From Eledone cirrhosa (lineage: Eukaryota), in NCBI GenBank assembly GCA_964016885.1, contig OZ024747.1:19716001-19780000 (forward strand): a stretch of 64,000 bases of DNA. The letters run 5' to 3'. The position numbers and the translations under genes were made by a program. How positions within the stretch are numbered: the stretch's first letter is position 1; the number at the start of each line of letters is the position of its first letter. This document shows, piece by piece, positions 58,336 through 64,000 of the stretch. The notes below the pieces were generated by a model that saw only the letters and a list, made by a program, of their open reading frames with translations, did no database searches and was not told where the DNA came from.

Positions 58336-61300
58336 GGGAGTGGGTATATAGAAGTATGTATGTATATGCATTTGTGTATGGGTATGTAATCGTATGCTTT
58401 AGTAAAACAGAATGACATGTTCATCCTACAGCAAAATCCATTGTGATGATGTCTAAATTATTGCTTTAATCTATCATCATGTTTGAAGATGTTATGAAGT
58501 GTTATGAATCAAAATGTACAATACTTTGACTGCAGCACATATCTGTAGATCACTTAACATAAGCAATTTCTATATTTGAAAGCGCAAAAAGGAAATCTAA
58601 AAATAGTCAATCATTTTATATTCATGTCTAGAAAGTTTGTCCTATATTATCAACAACTTATGCCGTCAGTCATGTGATCAATCACTTGTGCAATGAATCA
58701 GCGTTGCCTTGAATTGGCAAAATTGAAAACTTTAAATCAGCTTTCAAGTTTGATACATGAAAACATGAAAATCTATAAATGTCTAAAGCTTAATTCTATA
58801 GAATTTTCGGCTTATCCAATATAATGCATATAGCTTTCCAATGATCTACATAGGATACGTGTGTTATTTAAGATGATTTAAATAAAACAATAATTATTTT
58901 CGAGTTAGTTATGTTTTATGAAAAAATTTTAGATTTGTAAGCTTTATTGTATTGTTGAAAAACTTTACTTTGCTTTTAATCCACACAAAACACAAGTATA
59001 ACACAATTTCACTATTTATGTCATGCATGTTTGTCCCATGTTTGGCAATATGAAAATCTATTAATGCGTATAATAGGAATTACGCTATATTTTACCCCAT
59101 TTAATTTGGAATGGGAAGATTTTTCAAACATCTTGTTGTAAACATCTATGACATTTTCCTTGAGCAAATGGAAGATCGTGTCCAATAAATGTTTCACCTT
59201 CATTCGCAGATTATGTTGAGTACTTAAAGATGTGAAGCCAACTAAATCAAAAACATGGCACATCCACGAGCTAATCAGATATCGTTGTGATTATTATTAA
59301 TCTCTTTGCTTTTATCATGCCAGGCTAGAAAGCATTGAATAAGAAACATTGAATATAGAAGTTGCCTAAAACCTATCAAAATTTTTATTGTTCAGCATCT
59401 ACTTATTTAAACTAGAATGTTTATTTCTAGTTCAATATATGCTTAGTTCCTCTCTTCGCTACACGTGCACCATACAGCCATAAGTATGTGTATATTAGAG
59501 AGCTCCAAATTAAATAATTTTTTTAAGTTGTTTAGCCTTTTACAAGTGGGGATCGAACGCCAATGTCTTTATTTTTTATATATCGTTTCATTGCTTCATT
59601 TGAATAAATAACAAACTATAGGTCTTCGTGATGGATGTTTCACCGCAATCTGGTCATTTTATGTTATATTGTGATTTATATGTAATAGGATGTGAGAAAG
59701 GAATGGATTAGCTGTTATCACATACAGCATTAATTATTAAATATTTGTGAATGTTTGTGTGTATTTTAGATCCCTCACATGTCCTTTGCTTTCAATGATA
59801 ATTGATCACATATTGGCCACATGTTTTCTAATGTGATACTTCCTATTACTTCATTTCTACAATCTGTGTTCACATTTAAATCTTCCTTTTATTGTCTAAT
59901 TAAAATCATATTTTCACTTAACATTGTTTATTTATTAATGTGATAGAGAGGGCGTTTAACACTCTAAATCTCTTCTACTATATACTAGTATAATCTAGGG
60001 TCTACGAAGATAGAGGAGATGATGCGATAAAAACTAATGCAAAGAATACAACTCTCAGAAATATTACGACTAGCAGTTAATCAAATATATATTCATTTTT
60101 AACAATTTTGCCTTTCATCCTCACGGGGTCGATAAGATAAAGTACCAGCAATGTACTGGGTGACCTTGTGCCAAAAGTAGAAACACTTATTAATAATTAT
60201 ATCCTATTCATATGCTATATGTAAATCTGAGAAATGCGTGGAATTCGCCAACTTATAAAATAACTATATGATACGTTTACAATGAAAAGCGCATAAGGTT
60301 TGTGGCAGATGTTTTTCTTAAATCTATTTCGTATTATCATAGTTTCTTTACTGAAGTTCTTTAATTTAATCTCTGCTTTGAGAAACGCATGAATGACACA
60401 TTATACCTCTATTGTGAGATCCAAACTCATATAGTGATGAATAATATTGCTTGTAGAAATGTTGTGCAGGTTAAAAAGAACTGTATACAATAATAATTGA
60501 ACTTTCCTTTCAATCTGTATATCGAATATATAATTAAGATTTAGGAAATATTTAATATGTATTACGTATATTTGAAATTATTCTTTTAGTTCAGAGTAAT
60601 TAGTTTTGAATAAGTATGACCCCTATTGCTTTTCACAAAATGCTATTCATTTTCTTTTTCAAATTAGTTTTGGATTTATTTATTTAGTTGCTTTACACTT
60701 TTGTAAAGTGTTGATAAATGAGGATATTTACGTAGTGAGTACACACTAATCTCTTGTGATACAAATTGAAGCATATTTATATGATTATCGGTTTACTTTG
60801 TCACATTATGACTAAAGGAATTAAATGGAAATATTCACAATTAATCATATAGAAATACTTCAAAGACAGGGTAATTGATCATCGAGTTGGTTTACATATG
60901 GAAAACAACTAAAAGGCTTAAGAGAATATCTTGCTTGAGATTGTTATTTCTACAGACTGATGGGTAAGTATTGTTTCCAGAATTGGCATGCTATATATGT
61001 TCTTCATTAGAATGAAATAGATGGGAAATATATTAAAGATAAATGTATATTTACGTGTAGTAAGTAAACGTGGATTATAAGGTTTTGGATGGTTTGGTAT
61101 TGGTGTGGGTGTGTTTTATCAGCGATAATAGATGTTTTGAAACATATGTGTCACTTGATAACGGAAGTTCGCATGCTCATTTGTTTTAAAATAACAATGG
61201 GGAATTTGTAGTTTCATAACCTCAGACAGTTAGGCACCATTTATCAAAATATTTATATCATTTGAAGTCTATAGTCACCATGATATATTACATAATTCTT

Positions 61301-63132
61301 TGCCCCTTCCCCTTTTTGTTTTCATCATCAATATTGACATCATTATCCTCATCATCATCATCCTCATCATTTTCATCGTCATCATCGTTTTCGTCATTTT
61401 CATTGTCGTCGTCGCCTTCATTATTATCCTACTCTCCTTTCTCATGATCAATTTCTTTACCATAGCTGAACAGCCTCGTTTCAAAGTCGATATGAAATGG
61501 AGAAGTTCATAAGCTGTTTAAACTCTTACACATCAAATCAATTCATATATGAGTTTGATGTTGACTTGTTGCAATGTAAACTTTTGAGGTGAGTTTAAAC
61601 AAAGTTTTCTTTAGAAATATTAGTTCGTTCTAATGTGAATTTCTTATTTCTAGTGGTCACTTTACGTTCTGTTTTGGTATCCTGCCGAGCTCGATGTTCG
61701 ATGTTGCACCACACCTCTATATTTGTGTGGCCTTATGTATAGCTTGAATACGTTTGCAAAAGGAGAGACAAAAATAATGTAAGCAATTAACTATGTAATT
61801 AATTAAACGCAAATCTATTATGACGAATTTGAATGAGGAAATATTACATAATAAATCAAATGACATATATGAATATATAAACGGCAACAGGGTAAAATAA
61901 CAATTTTCATACATGCAAATGAATTTTAAAAATAAGCGATTAATTTATTATTAATATATCTGCAAAAGTAAAATAAAAATATTGCAAGACCTACACTTTC
62001 ATTACTTTAGTACAGTATACCTAGGACTATTTATTTGAAACTGGAGCTTGACTTCACCCAAATTATACATCATTCCAAAGAGATTCTTCTGATTACTTAA
62101 GATCGACTGTTGGAATTCTAATCAGAAAGCCTGTTTGTGATTTTGTATTTCTATTTCCGTGTTATCTTGCAGAACATATTCTGTTCTTAATCTGTTATTT
62201 CATCTTGTAGTGCTTCTGATATTTGCTCAGTAATGAGGAAGGAACAGATATTATAGTTAAAATATTCTATTTTCACATGAATATGGAGTCGCTACATGGT
62301 TATTGGAGTGTCTTTGGTTAGAGTAATTACGGCCATGACCAGTCTGTCTTCTGTTGGGCGAATCTAGAATAAAATCATACGATGTCACTTTAAAACGCTA
62401 GATTTTGAATTGGCTACTATTTCTACCGAATTCAGCGAACATCTATAGGCGGATCCACTTATTTGAATATATAACGTTATTGGATTTGTAATATCAGTTA
62501 CAATGCTATCGCTTCATGCATGACAGTCAATAAATAAATAAATAAATAAATAAATAAATATAAAAAAACTATTTCACCGCTTATGTATGTGGCTTCTTTG
62601 AACAGCGGGAATCAAGCAATGGATTTTCTTTGAACAGAATCATTCCGATCAGGGCCACCCAGTCCTTTTCCCATTGTATATCTACTTCCTTGATACCTCC
62701 ACATATGTGCATGTGTTGGCGTCGAGTTAGGTTTGTCTAAGGTTCATGCCATGCAGATTGATTTAAGCTGTAAAGAATGTGACTAATTATGTCTAATAGT
62801 GCGGGCTTTGGAGGTCATTGGAGAAGTCACGTACACACGAACACTGTCAATTGTGCATTATATCGCATTTTTTTTTGTGAGGAGTGTGGAACGTGTGTTC
62901 GTCAGTTGGAGGACAGAAACGTCATTTGAAACTGCCCAAAATCAGGACCGTAACACCTACTGCGAGTTGCCCCAATTGTTGCAACGTCTGTGCAAGAGTG
63001 TACAGGTTCCTAGAAGGACTAAAAAGCCACGATCATGCTGCTCACAATTAATTATCAAGCGATAGCATTACTCGAAATCGAGTTGCTGCTATCATCTATG
63101 TATGTATGTATGTATGTATGTATGTATGTATG

Positions 63133-64000
63133 TTTTCTCTTTCTCTTAATTTTGAGTATATTTTTTGACCGGCCACCATCCTGGTGGCAAGGTTGTAAAA
63201 GAAAAGAAATTGTCATCCCTTGAATCGCAAGAATGTTTTGCAAATTTTGAAGGTGCCAGCTATCGCAGCCATTTGTAGACTATGAATTAGGGAGCTACGC
63301 TTTTTGTCCGCAAATCCAAGTTCAGTCATACTTTGGTCCAAGCGGGTTGATATATAACCCGTAGCACCAATAATGATGGGTATGAAGCTAAAGGTGTATC
63401 TTGGATACTGGATTTGTAAACTCCTCATCAATGGTCCGTAGATGTCCTCCTTCTCCTGTATTTTTCTGACAACGTTTACATCAAGTGGGCAGCTGATCTC
63501 CACAACAGAACACGTTTTCAATGTGTGGTCCCAAACTACAATATCAGGCCGGTTGTGCTTTAATTTGGTGGCAGTTTTTATTTTCAGGTTCCACCAGTAT
63601 TCCTTAGTGCCATCTGTCTCAATATATTCTTCCTCGTTTGTTGTTGATTTTGTTTTCCGAAGTGCGTTCCAGATGGTTCTAGCTATCCCATCGTGTCTCA
63701 TGGGGAGGTAGTAGCGAGATGACATTCTTTCGCAGCTGGCAACAATGTGGCTTACATTCTCGATCTTTGTTTTACATAGCCTACATTTATTGTCAGCTGC
63801 TGGCCCTCCTCTTTTGTGCAGCAGATATTTGGTAGGGAGTTCTTGTTCCTGTATTGCATAGAGATATCCCTCAAGGTGTGATGTCATAAACTTGTCGGAA
63901 CTCCATGCCAGGCTTTTTGAGTGGTTTATCCCCTCTATGGTCTGTGTTTTACGCCTCAAGTATCCATGCACAACTTTTTCTGTAAATTGGTCAATTTTTT
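63133..64000 (-). mobile_element. R4/Dong-type non-LTR retrotransposon, C-terminal zinc knuckle + restriction-like endonuclease and 3' UTR
   Basis: ORF 63213-63971: AIQEQ, CRLC..H....C (CCHC), RHDGIA, RPDIVVWD, VEISCP, K..EKEDIY; 3' end abuts (CATA)n; runs off the window. Confidence 0.88.

Overview
AT-rich, microsatellite-dense eukaryotic non-coding DNA, most likely intronic or intergenic sequence from an octopus or other coleoid cephalopod (inferred from the repeat content). No intact host gene can be supported; almost all listed ORFs are translations of (TA)n/(CA)n/(GA)n tracts. The window holds decayed mobile elements: two Penelope-like retroelements (RT and/or GIY-YIG, with a Naiad-type CxCx5C linker), an R4/Dong-type RLE LINE sitting in (CATA)n, CR1 and RTE 3' ends, about 20 copies of a tRNA-derived SINE, a second tRNA-headed SINE, a non-autonomous Helitron and MITEs. 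The main hidden signal is that many short unique islands inside the (TA)n tracts are Penelope-type terminal remnants, often long palindromes. Together they carry about 25 minimal type I hammerhead ribozyme motifs in about 10 families, with compensatory stem changes, non-canonical cores (U3-A8, U4A) and a strong minus-strand bias. All ribozyme calls come from manual folding and are untested.
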